Positions 15,601-26,463 of a DNA stretch of 64,000 nucleotides are shown one piece after another; position 1 is the first letter of the stretch, and each line of letters starts with the position of its first letter. Location: assembly GCA_964016885.1 (NCBI GenBank), contig OZ024744.1:45942001-46006000 (forward strand), written 5' to 3'. The DNA comes from Eledone cirrhosa (taxonomy: Eukaryota). The notes beneath the pieces were generated by a model. The model made no database searches and was not told the origin of the DNA. It was given only the letters and a program-made list of their open reading frames with translations. Made by a program: the position numbers and the translations under genes.

Positions 15601-16383
15601 AACTACTACCACTGCTAGCTGCAAAAGACTTCTCCCTCAGAATGAAAGGCAAACTGTATGATGCGTGTATCCGAACAGCGATGTTGCATGGTAGTGAGAC
15701 CTGGGCGCTGAAGGTGGAAGACTTACGTAGATTAGAGAGAAACGAAGCCTGCATGCTCCGATGGATGTGTAACAGTAATATACGTGAACGACAAAGCATA
15801 AAGGAATTGAGAGAGAGACTGAGCATAAGAGGAATCAAATGCTGCGTGCAGGAGAGGCGGTTACGCTGGTATGGACATGTGATGCGTATGAAGGATGACA
15901 GCTGCATAAAAAGGTGCAGAGCACTACAGGTTGATGGAAACCACGGAGTGGGGAGACCCAAGATGACTTGGGATGAGGTGATAAAAGCCGACCTTACCCA
16001 ACTACACCTCTCAAAGACAATGCCACACGACCGTGACTTCTGGCGTCACGCAGTAATACAGGGTACCCGACCTCCCATGGGTACTTGCTGAAGCATATAA
16101 ACAATATGCCTCCACTCCCCCCACCGCAAGGTGGTCGTGGAGGTGCCACGGCAAAAAAGCACCCAGCCCACACTGTAAAGTGGACGTGTAGGCGCCACGA
16201 AAAAGCACCCAGCACTCACTGTAAATGAGGTTGGTGTTAGGAAGGGCATCCAGCTGTAGAAATCAAGCCAGATCAGTTCCTATATGAGCAAGGCATGGTC
16301 AGCCGACCAGACACTGCCCACAACAGGACAACCCGTCTAACCCATGCTAGCATGGAAGAACGGACGTAAAACGGTGATGATGA
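12700..16383 (+). mobile_element. Near full-length RTE-clade LINE (subfamily B)
   Basis: C-rich 5' UTR (start approximate), APE+RT ORF, 3' UTR with stem-loop ccatgctagcatgg and (TGA)n tail. Confidence 0.93.
12971..16091 (+). CDS. RTE ORF: apurinic endonuclease, reverse transcriptase and PHD-like Cys/His finger; one frameshift near 15430-15520
   Basis: APE motifs (VQETRW, AGDFNGH, SQH), RT motifs (QGSVLSP, YADD), CSVC-CPKC-HKRC-CSSC; ORFs 12971-15526 and 15429-16091. Confidence 0.9.
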
Positions 16384-16408
16384 TACATATATATATATAC
16401 ACATTATA

Positions 16409-16440
<32 letters not shown>

Positions 16441-16445
16441 CACAT

Positions 16446-16478
<33 letters not shown>

Positions 16479-17159
16479 TATATATATATATATATATACA
16501 TATTTATATGTATCATCATCATTTAACGTTTGCCACGCTAGCATGGGTTAGACGGGAATTGTCCCATTTCATTGATCAGGTGACCGTGTCTCACTCGTAT
16601 CTGGCAGGTTTTCTACAGCTGGATGCCCTTCTAATCACCAACACATTTTATCTACATATATACATGAAAACTGAAAACTCTAAGAGTATTGCAATAACTT
16701 GTCAGATTATAGAGTTTGGTCCACTTTTAGGCTACGGCCAACCATACAAACTTATAACATATCCTGAACAAGCAATGCCTGTGCTTTGAAGGTTTTTTAA
16801 GTGGGGAAAGGCCTTGCACTCGACCAATCCCACTCTCTGAACATCAAAAACGCTACCCAAAAAGGAGAACTGATCAACATCATCGGATGCTTCCTAAGCC
16901 GCAGGTTTTCTTTCAGAGTTTCCTTCTCCTAGAAGGTGTTGTGACAACAACTGGAGGCCTTTCACTCCCAGGTGTAAAAGAAAAAAAAAATTCATATACA
17001 TACATATATCGTTACCATTTAATGGCCATTTTCCAAGGTAGCATGGGTTTAACGTGTTGTCCCATTTGAAGCAATTTCGGTCAGGTGACCATGTTTTGCT
17101 CATACAGAACTGTTTCTGTCTTTGTTTACACGTAGGGATGCCCTTCCTAATGCCAACCA

Positions 17160-17860
17160 TATTTACAGTGTATGCTGGGCACTTTTTGTTCTGACACTTT
17201 ACACAACCACTTTACAGTGTAGACTGGGCACTTTTTGTTCTGACACCTACACAACCACTTTACAGTGTAGACTGGGCACTTTTTGTTCTGACACCTACAC
17301 AACCACTTTACAGTGTAGACTGGGCACTTTTTGTTCTGACACCTACACAACCACTTTACAGTGTAGACTGGGTGCTTTTTGTTCTGACACCTACATGACC
17401 ACATCACGGTGTAGACTGGGCACTTTTTGTTCTGACACCTACATGACCACTTTACAGTGTAGACTGGGCACTTTTTGTTCTGACACCTACATGACCACAT
17501 TACAGTGTAGACTGGGTCCTTTTTGTTCTGACACCTACATGACCACATCACAGTGTAAACTGGGCACTTTTTGTTCTGACACCTACACAACCACTTTACA
17601 GTGTAGACTGGGTGCTTTTTGTTCTGACACCTACATGACCACATCACAGTGTAGACTGGGCACTTTTTGTTCTGACACCTACATGACCACTTTACAGTGT
17701 AGACTGGGTGCTTTTTGTTCTGACACTTACATGACCACATTACAGTGTAGACTGGGTGCTTTTTGATGTGATACCTACAAGATCAATTTACAGTATGGGC
17801 TGAGTGCTTTTTGTCATGACACCTACATAACGACTTTACAATGTGGACTAGGTACTTTTT
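17160..17860. repeat. 48-bp minisatellite (VNTR), about 14 units, related to RTE 3' UTR in reverse
   Basis: Unit ctgacacctacacaaccactttacagtgtagactgggcactttttgtt; only about 5 units in the paralog at 61950-62230. Confidence 0.92.
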
Positions 17861-18319
17861 GCTATATTAAATACACCGACCCAGAAAGAAGCGTGGGGTG
17901 TGTGGAAAATCAGTAAAACTTCACTAGAGATAGAAATCCAGAATTAGTCATTTAGTTTACATAATGAGACCCCAACCCATCTTATTTATTTTATAACATA
18001 TGGCGTTTCTAGTAATGTACTTTTTATGTCATGTAAAATGGTTTTTAATGTCTAAAGAAAATAGTCGCTGGAATGCGACCACTTTGAATAATATTTCACC
18101 AGAGATAAGAAAAATTTAATAAACAGAGGGTGGGGGTGAATCAAGAGCAGGGTGGCGGTGTAAAAAATCTGAAAAATAAATAAGTGAGGGTGGGGGAAGA
18201 TTATTTGAGACAAAAGCGAGGGTGGGGGAAGATTATTTGAGATGAAAGCGAGGGTGGGGTACAATTATTTGAGACCAAAGTGAGGATGGGGGACCACTAT
18301 TTGAGTTACATACACATAT

Positions 18320-18570
18320 TCTAGTATGTAGAAAGGAAAACAGGGCACAAGTGCCCTCTGGGAAATGGTCATGTTCAGTGTGTAGCAAAGGAGTAGGTAG
18401 AAATTCCATTTTATGTCCCAAATGCAAACTATGGGTACATAAAAGATGTAGTGGGATTAGAGGTAAGCTATCTAAGAACGTAGATTTTGTATGTGGCCAC
18501 TGCTCAGGTGCAATAAGTAGCAAGTGCACACAGGACACCAGCTCCTTCTATTGCCTAGATGGTTCTATAA
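18320..18570 (+). mobile_element. RTE fragment (PHD-like finger region)
   Basis: [32 protein letters not shown]. Confidence 0.85.
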
Positions 18571-18611
18571 TGTTACTCGATATTCAATGTAGCAACAAGT
18601 GAATATTGTTA

Positions 18612-18812
18612 TTGTAAAATAAACATCGTCAACATCACAATTCTGGCATTATTCTTTTTATCATTCATCCACAAAAGAATACATTTATCCACTACATATG
18701 CAACAAACAAAAGGGGTCCAAGAATAGATCCCTGTGGTACACCAGATGACATCTCATACAGTGAAGAATGCTGTCCTAGAACCGTGACTACCTCTCTTCG
18801 ACTGAGAGTGAA
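18612..18812 (-). mobile_element. CR1-group LINE RT fragment
   Basis: SSGVPQGSILGPLLFVAY; similar to 29460-29660. Confidence 0.8.
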
Positions 18813-18924
18813 GGATATCAACCAGTTAAAAACTATACACTATACACAGTATATATACACTATATATATATATATTATATATACACTATGTACAGTATAT
18901 ATTATACACTATATATGTTGTCCA

Positions 18925-19100
18925 AGAGAAAGGCTATGGCTGATACAGCTTGGCACCAGTGACATCACAACTCATTTCTACAGCTGTGTAAATAATATGA
19001 AATAAAGTGTCTTGCTCAAGGAAACAACACATCACACGGTCCGAGAATCGAACTCACAACCATTCGATTGCAAGCCCAATGCTCTAACCACTAAGCCGTG
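18925..19100 (-). mobile_element. tRNA-derived SINE
   Basis: Reverse complement of the SINE head (ggcttagtggttagagc...gagttcgattc...ccttgagcaagacac). Confidence 0.8.
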
Positions 19101-19570
19101 ATATGTTCCAGAACCAACCGTGATATAGAGAGACCACAAAGACAACCGTTGTTTTCATAGTTTAAGCCTTAAAATACCTCTCATACATGCTTTAAGTACA
19201 TATAAACTCATTAAAACACACTTTTGTATTTAAACACCAAAAACAACCAGTAACGATCGTATAGGAACTACCACCAACTATCATACCACTAGTTTTACCA
19301 ATGAGGACCATTGCCAGCCACGGTAGCCACTTGGTAATACACTGCACATCTGCCATCAATCTATGAAGGGTTTGTAGTAGATTAGAGAAAAACACAATCA
19401 GTAAAACAGTAATGGAATGAAAAATATAAACATTTGTTCATAATTAAAGCCTTAAGATGTCCCTTCCTTACGATATACACTTTAATAATATTGAAACTTA
19501 TTTAATAAGTTTAAATTTTAAACACTTTTCATTCAGACGTACTGCGATAAGAATATAGATATGTAATAAC

Positions 19571-19670
19571 GAATAATCCGCGATAGGGAATTAGATACAT
19601 TCCAAAGAAATTTTTTCGCGATGTAACGGGACCGCGAAAAGTGAACCACGATATAGCGGGGGATTACTGT
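19571..19670. mobile_element. Tc1/mariner (pogo/Tigger-like) terminal fragment
   Basis: Ends ...gatatagcgggggattactg|TA (CAGTA-type TIR on the reverse strand); copy at ~63706-63799. Confidence 0.55.
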
Positions 19671-20064
19671 ATATATACACACACAACATACATATATCTA
19701 TATACACTCATAACATTTATATCGATTTTTGACATTAAAATGTTAACTGAGAGTGTGACAACTGTTTCTTGTTTGAGGTTGTTCCAGTGGTTGAAATATA
19801 GACGGAGGTATTTTAAATAATAAAGACAGTCATGATAACAATATATTTTATATCACATGTAATAGTGGAATCTGCTGATTGAAAAATAACACATCAACAT
19901 TTCAGTTTGGAAGTTTTTTTTCTATATATAAAAGTGGAGGAAGAAATATATTTTTCTAATGTTGTTATATATATTTTCACTTGTATATAATTACTGGAGG
20001 GTTCAGATAATTATATTATTTACACACATTAATATAGACATTAAGTAAATCTTTGTCAACTTAC

Positions 20065-20105
20065 CTCCTTCACATATAATCAATGTGTTGTGTTGTTAGT
20101 TTTTA
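20065..20105 (-). other. Candidate 41-nt non-coding upstream exon of the ZNF locus
   Basis: Minus strand reads tttcttttgttAG|41 nt|GTAAGT; related copies near 37555 and 38467. Confidence 0.35.
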
Positions 20106-20914
20106 CTAACAAAAGAAATAATCTATTTGTTATCAAATTAGAAGTTTCAAAGATGTTATCAGCTTTATTTCATGACATTAATGTTGGTGTAACTTCATCT
20201 TTAGTCATAAATTGATATCTTGTCAGAATGAAGTAGTGAGGCTGACTTTATGTCTTTAGCTACAGATTTGATAGGAAATATATATATATTAGGTTGATAT
20301 GTGGTCTAAAATATATATATTGTCTATAAATGACTGATAGCAGATGTTCTGGTGAAATAGTAGTTTTACTACTACAGATTGTAATGGAACTCTGAGTAGA
20401 CACAATTGTAAAGTAAGAATAGATATGACAGTGTAAGACTGATGTCGGGGAAAGTAAATTGTGTATATATATATATATATGTAATTGTTACACAAGATAT
20501 AATTAGGTTAATTAAAGTTATAATTGTTTCTACTTTAGGCACAAGGCCAAAAATTACCCAGTGCATTACTGGTACTTTATTTTATCGACCCCATAAGGAT
20601 GAAAGGCAAAGTGAACCTCGGCGGGATTTGAACTCAGATCGTAAAGGGACGTAACTATGCTAAAGTTATAATTGTTTTTACTTTAGGCACAAGGCCAGCA
20701 ATCAGCGATATCCAATTTTAGCGGCCTAAATGCCGCTTACTTGCTGTAGTTGCTGCTTACTTCAATGTATGAGGCTATTCCAACAAATTTACATTCCCCT
20801 TTTTTTAGCCGTTAAAAGAAATATAGATTTATTTATTGTTTTTTTTTTTGCGATTTATTTGCCACTGGGGCATAGATTTCTTTATTTGCCCCTTTTTTGT
20901 TTGTTTTTTGGCGA

Positions 20915-21292
20915 TTTATTAGCCTTTTGGGGTCACACACACCCCCGTAGAAAGTGTGCGACCTTTCTGCCAGGGAGCACAGAGAGAGGGGGATGCTCCC
21001 TTCTTCTCTTACCTGTACAAGCCGATATAGAGAGATGGCCCACTTACACGGGCCATTATTGCTACTTCCACCCATCCTTCATGGAATTGGCTGGGACTGA
21101 GTGCCTTTTTCTCCACCTTGATCCTTCTTTCGAAGTGGTATCGGAAGAAGAGGACCATTTGTTGGCCGGCGACATATCCCCACAGTTTCCTCGTTGCAAA
21201 CGCATCTGGGACATTTCTTTTCCAAGGGGTTTCCGTCCCGGAATCCGTGTCTGTAGAGCCTTTCCCGAACGGGCAGGGCCCCTCGGTATAAT
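20915..21292 (-). mobile_element. L1/Tx1-type LINE ORF2 3' fragment with internal deletion
   Basis: Manual translation: YRGALPVRERLYRHG...CPRC...EETV (zf-RVT-like), then FFRYHFERRIKVEKKALSPSQFHEGWVEVA...stop, then AATAAA and an A-rich tract. Confidence 0.6.
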
Positions 21293-21342
21293 AGTAAGTA
21301 TTACTGGTTGTAATAAAAATGCAATCAAAATGTAATAAATAC

Positions 21343-21478
21343 CTTCACTGATTTCTTTCCTTATATTATCAACAGAAGTTGGTATGTCATCCAAAGTTCG
21401 CTTTGTATGTTCCCGAATAGCAGTGAATTTTGATAAAACTTTTTCTAATTCCTTCTCCACAGTAAGACAAATATCCAT
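21343..21478 (-). pseudogene. RMND5: Captured first coding exon of an RMND5-like (CTLH/GID E3 ligase subunit) gene
   Basis: MDICLTVEKELEKVLSKF resembles the recalled vertebrate RMND5A N-terminus MDQCVTVERELEKVLHKF; ends at donor AAG|GTATTT (phase 1); no downstream exons seen. Confidence 0.72.
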
Positions 21479-22869
21479 GTGTAGTTGAAGAGGATAAGTA
21501 TGAAAGAACAGTCATTTAAATTTACAGATGGACAGATGTGGTGTTTGGCACGGTTTGAGATATATAGAAAAATAATTATTTACAGAAAAAGAAAATAATA
21601 ATAAAGAATTATTATAATTTTTTTAAAGATTTATACCAAAAAACAAACAAAAAAGGGGCAAATAAAGAAATCTATGCCCCAGTGGCAAATAAATCGCAAA
21701 AAAAAAACTAAATAAATCTATATTTCTTTTAACGGCTAAAAAAAGGGGAATGTAAATTTGTTGGAATAGCCTCATACATTGAAGTAAGCAGCAACTACAG
21801 CAAGTAAGCGGCATTTAGGCCGCTAAAATTGGATATCGCCCAGCAATCATCCAGTGCATTACTGGTACTTTATTTTATCGACCCCGTAAGGATGACAGGC
21901 AAAGTCAACCTCGGCGGGATTTGAACTCAGATCGTAAAGGGACGTAACTATGCTGGAAAGCATGGCGTCCGACCCTCTACCGATACTGCCAATCCACCAC
22001 CCCGAAATGCTAAAGTTATAATGAAGACAGCAGGTACGCGGTATCGTTGGGAATGTATCAACTCTCGTACCGGTGTCATACGTTAAAAGTCCCTGATATA
22101 ATTTAATACCTTCAGACACAGTTCCAATCGTATTTAATTTATTGTAAATCAGAAAGTATGACTCAGCAAAATATCAATTATATATCAATAAGAGAACCTC
22201 TACGTAGTCTCTCTAACTGCTAGAAATAGCACTGATGTTATCCATTACAACTGCGCTCTCTCTCTCTCTCATATATATACACACACATGTATGTGTTTAT
22301 ATGTGTATATATGGGTGTGTTTACACGTATGTATGGTGTGTATATGTGTACATAAGGGTTTGGTATATGTACGTTTGGTGAACATATGTGTATTTACCGG
22401 TAGGTATGTGTGAGTGTGCGTTCTATACGCATTTATGCGTGTATATTTATATATGTATATATAATTATATGTATACATACACACAAACATATATTTATAT
22501 GTGTATTTGGTGTATACGCTCGTACGTGTGCGGGTATATGTGTCGCACCCGTTTACGTCCGTGTGCATGTGTTTATGTGTACGTGCATGTATATGCAAGC
22601 ATGGTGTGTGTTTTCGCATATGCACGTGTGTAAATGTGTGTATGCATATATTTAATTATTATTACTTTTATATTTCTAATAATCTCTGTCATTTTCGTTC
22701 AACTAATTTATTTACATTATTCTGAACTCAGAAACCGAGAATCATTCAGTTTCCTAAATAGTATATTAGTCTACGACTCCATTTATACCATAAACGTGGT
22801 TTTGTCTTTACGTGTAATTGTTGTCACCGCTCCACATAACAACGTATTATCTTCGCTTTTTTCCGTTCA

Positions 22870-23043
22870 TTGCCAGGGAACATCTTCACGAATCAAAGTA
22901 TCGTCTTCCTGTTTTCCTTCGGTTGCAACGTTTTTCAAAATATTTACTTCTTCGGTCACAGATTGATTTTTTTTAGTTTCAGAAGATCCTGTTAAGGGTG
23001 AAAGCAGCGATTCCTTGTTTAAACTTTAATCTGTTATTTTAAT
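22870..23043. repeat. Dispersed repeat with an inverted copy at ~43335-43500
   Basis: aaagtatcgtcttcctg...cagaagatcc...aaagcagcgattc is the reverse complement of the 43.4-kb segment. Confidence 0.7.
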
Positions 23044-23737
23044 ATATAATATAAGCGAGGCAAGCCAGCCCTGTTGCACTTCTTGCCAATAAACATTAAC
23101 CCTTTGTGCGCCATTCATCTAACAGTAGACCAACAAATACCAACTAAACGGAGCATTGATAAGAACGATGGCGCATGAATCTTCCAGGTAAGCAGTTTCC
23201 TCCCGAGCTGTTAGTTCACGCGGGATTCTCTGCTACACCTTTTCGTATTAATACCGAACAACGTACTGCTGGTCACTCCTTCCTCCAAAAGCTGTACAAA
23301 GCGGACATGTGCATCGGGTAGATGGATCGGGTGTAAATCTACACCAGGCCTACGTGAGAAATTCGCAAGGGACTGCACCGAGAGGGATAGAGAGAAAGAG
23401 TAACTTAGTGGAAAGAGTGCGAATGAACTTTTGAGGTAAGTAGCCTAAGCCTTACTGCTATGACACTGGAACCTTCTGCCAACTTAACCTGTGACTTTCT
23501 CTTTCACATTTACGCCAAAAGGCCAAAATAGAGGAGTATGAAAAGAAGGGGCTCAACAATATTTCTATGAACAATGCACGTAGGTAGCTAAACTGTACTT
23601 TCAACTTCTTAATTTTCTCCAAATAAAACAAGTTTCCTCTGTCGGTATATTTAACAGGCACTCACAAATAAACGTTTATCATTGGAGGTGCTATTACCAA
23701 TGTTCTTACCCGTGCAACGCCGGAATACACTGTTAGT

Positions 23738-24240
23738 ATAAACCCAAAAAGAGGTATAAGGATTCCTTGAAAGCTTCTTTGAAAGACGCTAACATCTCTG
23801 CTGATACATGGGAAAATGTTGCTGCTGATTGTAATAAATAGAGAAAGACTGTATATGAGGGGAAAGTTGCCTTTGAGGCATCTCGAATCGCATACGAGAA
23901 AGTAAAAAGGGATGAGAGGAAGAGCATTGCTATTGCATTTCCAGACGGCGAAGGTCCTCCTATGACGCTGACATGCAGCGTCTGTGCGAGACTCTGCCTA
24001 AGCAAAGGTGGACTCGAAAGTCATCTTCGCAGTCATAAAGTAAGACCAAGCTGCTGTTGGAGATGCTACTCACCATGCTTGTCAAGTATGTGGTAGAGAA
24101 TGTAAATCAGCAGGAGGGCTCAAACGACATGCAAAAGTACATGAACACCAACCACAGCCGGCTATTCCCAGTGAATGTTTTGGTTGCCAACTCTGTGCAA
24201 GACATTGGCTGGGCTAAAAAGCCACATTCGATAGCAGCAC
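23738..24240 (+). mobile_element. RTE/BovB-like LINE 3' fragment with C-terminal C2H2 finger
   Basis: Manual translation KPKKRYKDSLKASLK...WENVAAD...CSVCARLCLSKGGLESHLRSH. Confidence 0.7.
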
Positions 24241-24451
24241 TGTTAATTGCTATCACACGTGTGTGTGTGTAGATGTGTTATGTATGTGCGCGTGTGTATA
24301 TATATATGTATATTATTATTGTTGTTGTTATCGTTATTATTATTGTTGTTATTATTATTATTATTGTTATTATTATGTTTTTTTTATCGTGCAATGGCCA
24401 TACTCGATAACGAGGGGGGAGCCATCATATATATATGTGTATGTGTGTAGC

Positions 24452-24610
24452 CGGCGAATTGTCAGAGTCGTTAGAACGTCAGATAGAATATTTTAAGGTA
24501 TTCATTCCAGCTCTCTTCTCTCTGAGTTCAAATCCCGCCGAGGTCAACTTTGCCTTTCATCATTTCGAGGTCGATAAAAAGAGTACCAGTCCAATACTGG
24601 GGTCGATACT
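24452..24610 (+). mobile_element. SINE (second family)
   Basis: gagttcaaatcccgccgaggtcaactttgcctttcatc...gtcgataaaa...gtaccagt; same family as 20532-22005. Confidence 0.75.
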
Positions 24611-24989
24611 TCCTCTATATCTCTTTCTTATTTCCTCTCTCTCACTCTCTCTGGAAGAAATGTGCTGTAGTCAGCGTATATTTCAATAACGCAGCCCCAC
24701 CCCCTGTCACAACCATACCTATATATATATATAATTAATTACCTATATTTCTAATTAGTTAGCTATATTTATATCATTTACCTATATTTCTATGCCAGTA
24801 TGTATAAATACGTCTTTCAATAAATTTTCATTTTTATTCACAAAGTTTGCGAAAATATTTTTATGTGTTTTAAATTTGTAGGACAAGGGAGGTAATCGAG
24901 ATATACCGTAGGTCAGCTTATCTGCCCTTGTACATAATTTCTTTATTTTAAGTACGACAAACGTGCGTCATACATTGTGTCTGATAGGG

Positions 24990-25125
24990 ACTAGAGAGAA
25001 AAATATGGCCTTGTACGCTGCCTTCATTGACCTGACGAAGGCATTTGATACAGTTAGTAGGGATGGACTGTGGAAGATCCTCAGCAGACTCGGAGGTCAG
25101 CTAAAATTCCTGACCATGCTACAAC
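24990..25125 (+). mobile_element. RTE/BovB-like RT fragment
   Basis: REKNMALYAAFIDLTKAFDTVSRDGLWKILSRLG. Confidence 0.75.
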
Positions 25126-26463
25126 TCCACATATGCTCTGTTAACCTGGCTTCCACACACTGAAGCATTAACACTGCAGTAACTCAACCACTCTTACAAC
25201 ACGTGGGTTGTATTTACAAGCAAAAGAAAAGAAAACACGGAAAAATTAATTCCAATACAAACAAAAAGAAAGATCTATCGCCTTGCTTCTCTACATTTTT
25301 ATTGAAGATTCTCATCCAACATCTGCTAACACAATAACTTAGTTTCAGAAGCACCAAGTTCGAGCAGTGATTCGGTAATCTTGGTAGAGTTAAACCTACA
25401 TAAGTAGATATAATTCAGACTAAGCGTCAGACCTGCTTTTATGAGGAGTAGTAAGAGACAATAATATATGGAAGGAGGAGGAGTGAGAGAGATAGAAAGA
25501 CAAAACTGTGTTAATTCTCTCTCCCCTCTCTTCTTTTACTCTATCTACCTCTTATGTCTTCATTTCACTGTTTTATTGTCTTATTTCCTAATTCCACTTA
25601 ATTCCATTAAATATTCAATCTTGGTCGAAATAAATATTTTCATCATATGACCAAGATGGCGACAAGGAAGGTCGCTTGACCACGTCTTGACCAAACAAAA
25701 TATAATATTTTCACCAAAAACTGCCCTTTAAACACATGTCAGATGGATTACAATATTCATTATTACAATTACTCTGACTGTTCCCTGACAACTAGTACCA
25801 GCTTCAACATAGAATTATTTTAACGAAGTATATTTAATTTGACTTGATTTTCGCCAACAAACCACGTGTGGAGATGGACGGGGAAAAAGGGAAAAAAACA
25901 AACAAATCACTACATCCCTTTGGGATCGCAGTAAATACTTCACAAAACATATAAACAACAATATACACACAGATTTATATACAGATATATACCATATGCA
26001 TATACACACACGTGAAAAAAAACCACACTATTTCGTGTGAGACACTATACCGGCCAATCTTACGTACATTGGTAAAATATCTCTGAACATTGACTTCGCT
26101 TCTAACCCACATACACCTTTTAATTATATATTTATACTAGCAGCTGAAAGTTAATAATTTGAAAAATATTATTGAAAGTTTATTATAAAGAAGCAGTATC
26201 AGGGAAAAAAAAAAAAAAACGTTATTTCGCTGTTAATAAACTGTTGCCTTCTACAGTACGTTTCATTTAACTTACGCAGCATATTTATTTGTTTACATGC
26301 ACAGACTCTTCTGTACACACACAACATTTATGAAAACGGAAACAAAATACACAAAAAAAAAACAAAAAAAAACACATTTATTTCTATCGTAATCAAGTGC
26401 GCTAAACCTATATTGTTTACATTCTGTGTTTTTCTACGGATAGGTAGAAATAACAAAATTGCC

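Larger units (their letters stand above)
20705..21839. mobile_element. Pack-MULE-like non-autonomous DNA transposon
   Basis: TIRs 20705-20911 and 21636-21839 (nearly identical), 10-bp TSD CCAGCAATCA at 20695-20704 and 21840-21849, no transposase inside. Confidence 0.88.
20532..22005 (-). mobile_element. Tandem SINE copies, the second split by the TIR element
   Basis: tttaggcacaaggcc...ctggtactttattttatcgacccc...cctcggcgggatttgaactcag at 20532-20660 and 20683-20704 plus 21840-22005. Confidence 0.8.

Noticed and set aside
14845-15961. Antisense ORFs over RTE, CR1 and Gypsy coding regions
   Set aside because: Shadow frames of TE ORFs with no independent motifs
20730-21335. 201-aa plus-strand ORF and its twin at 21623-21814 on the minus strand
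   Set aside because: Both start within the TIRs; the identical N-termini reflect the inverted repeat, not a gene family
23055-23185. Possible HDV-like ribozyme upstream of the RTE/BovB fragment
   Set aside because: Only isolated hairpins; the nested double pseudoknot could not be built by eye
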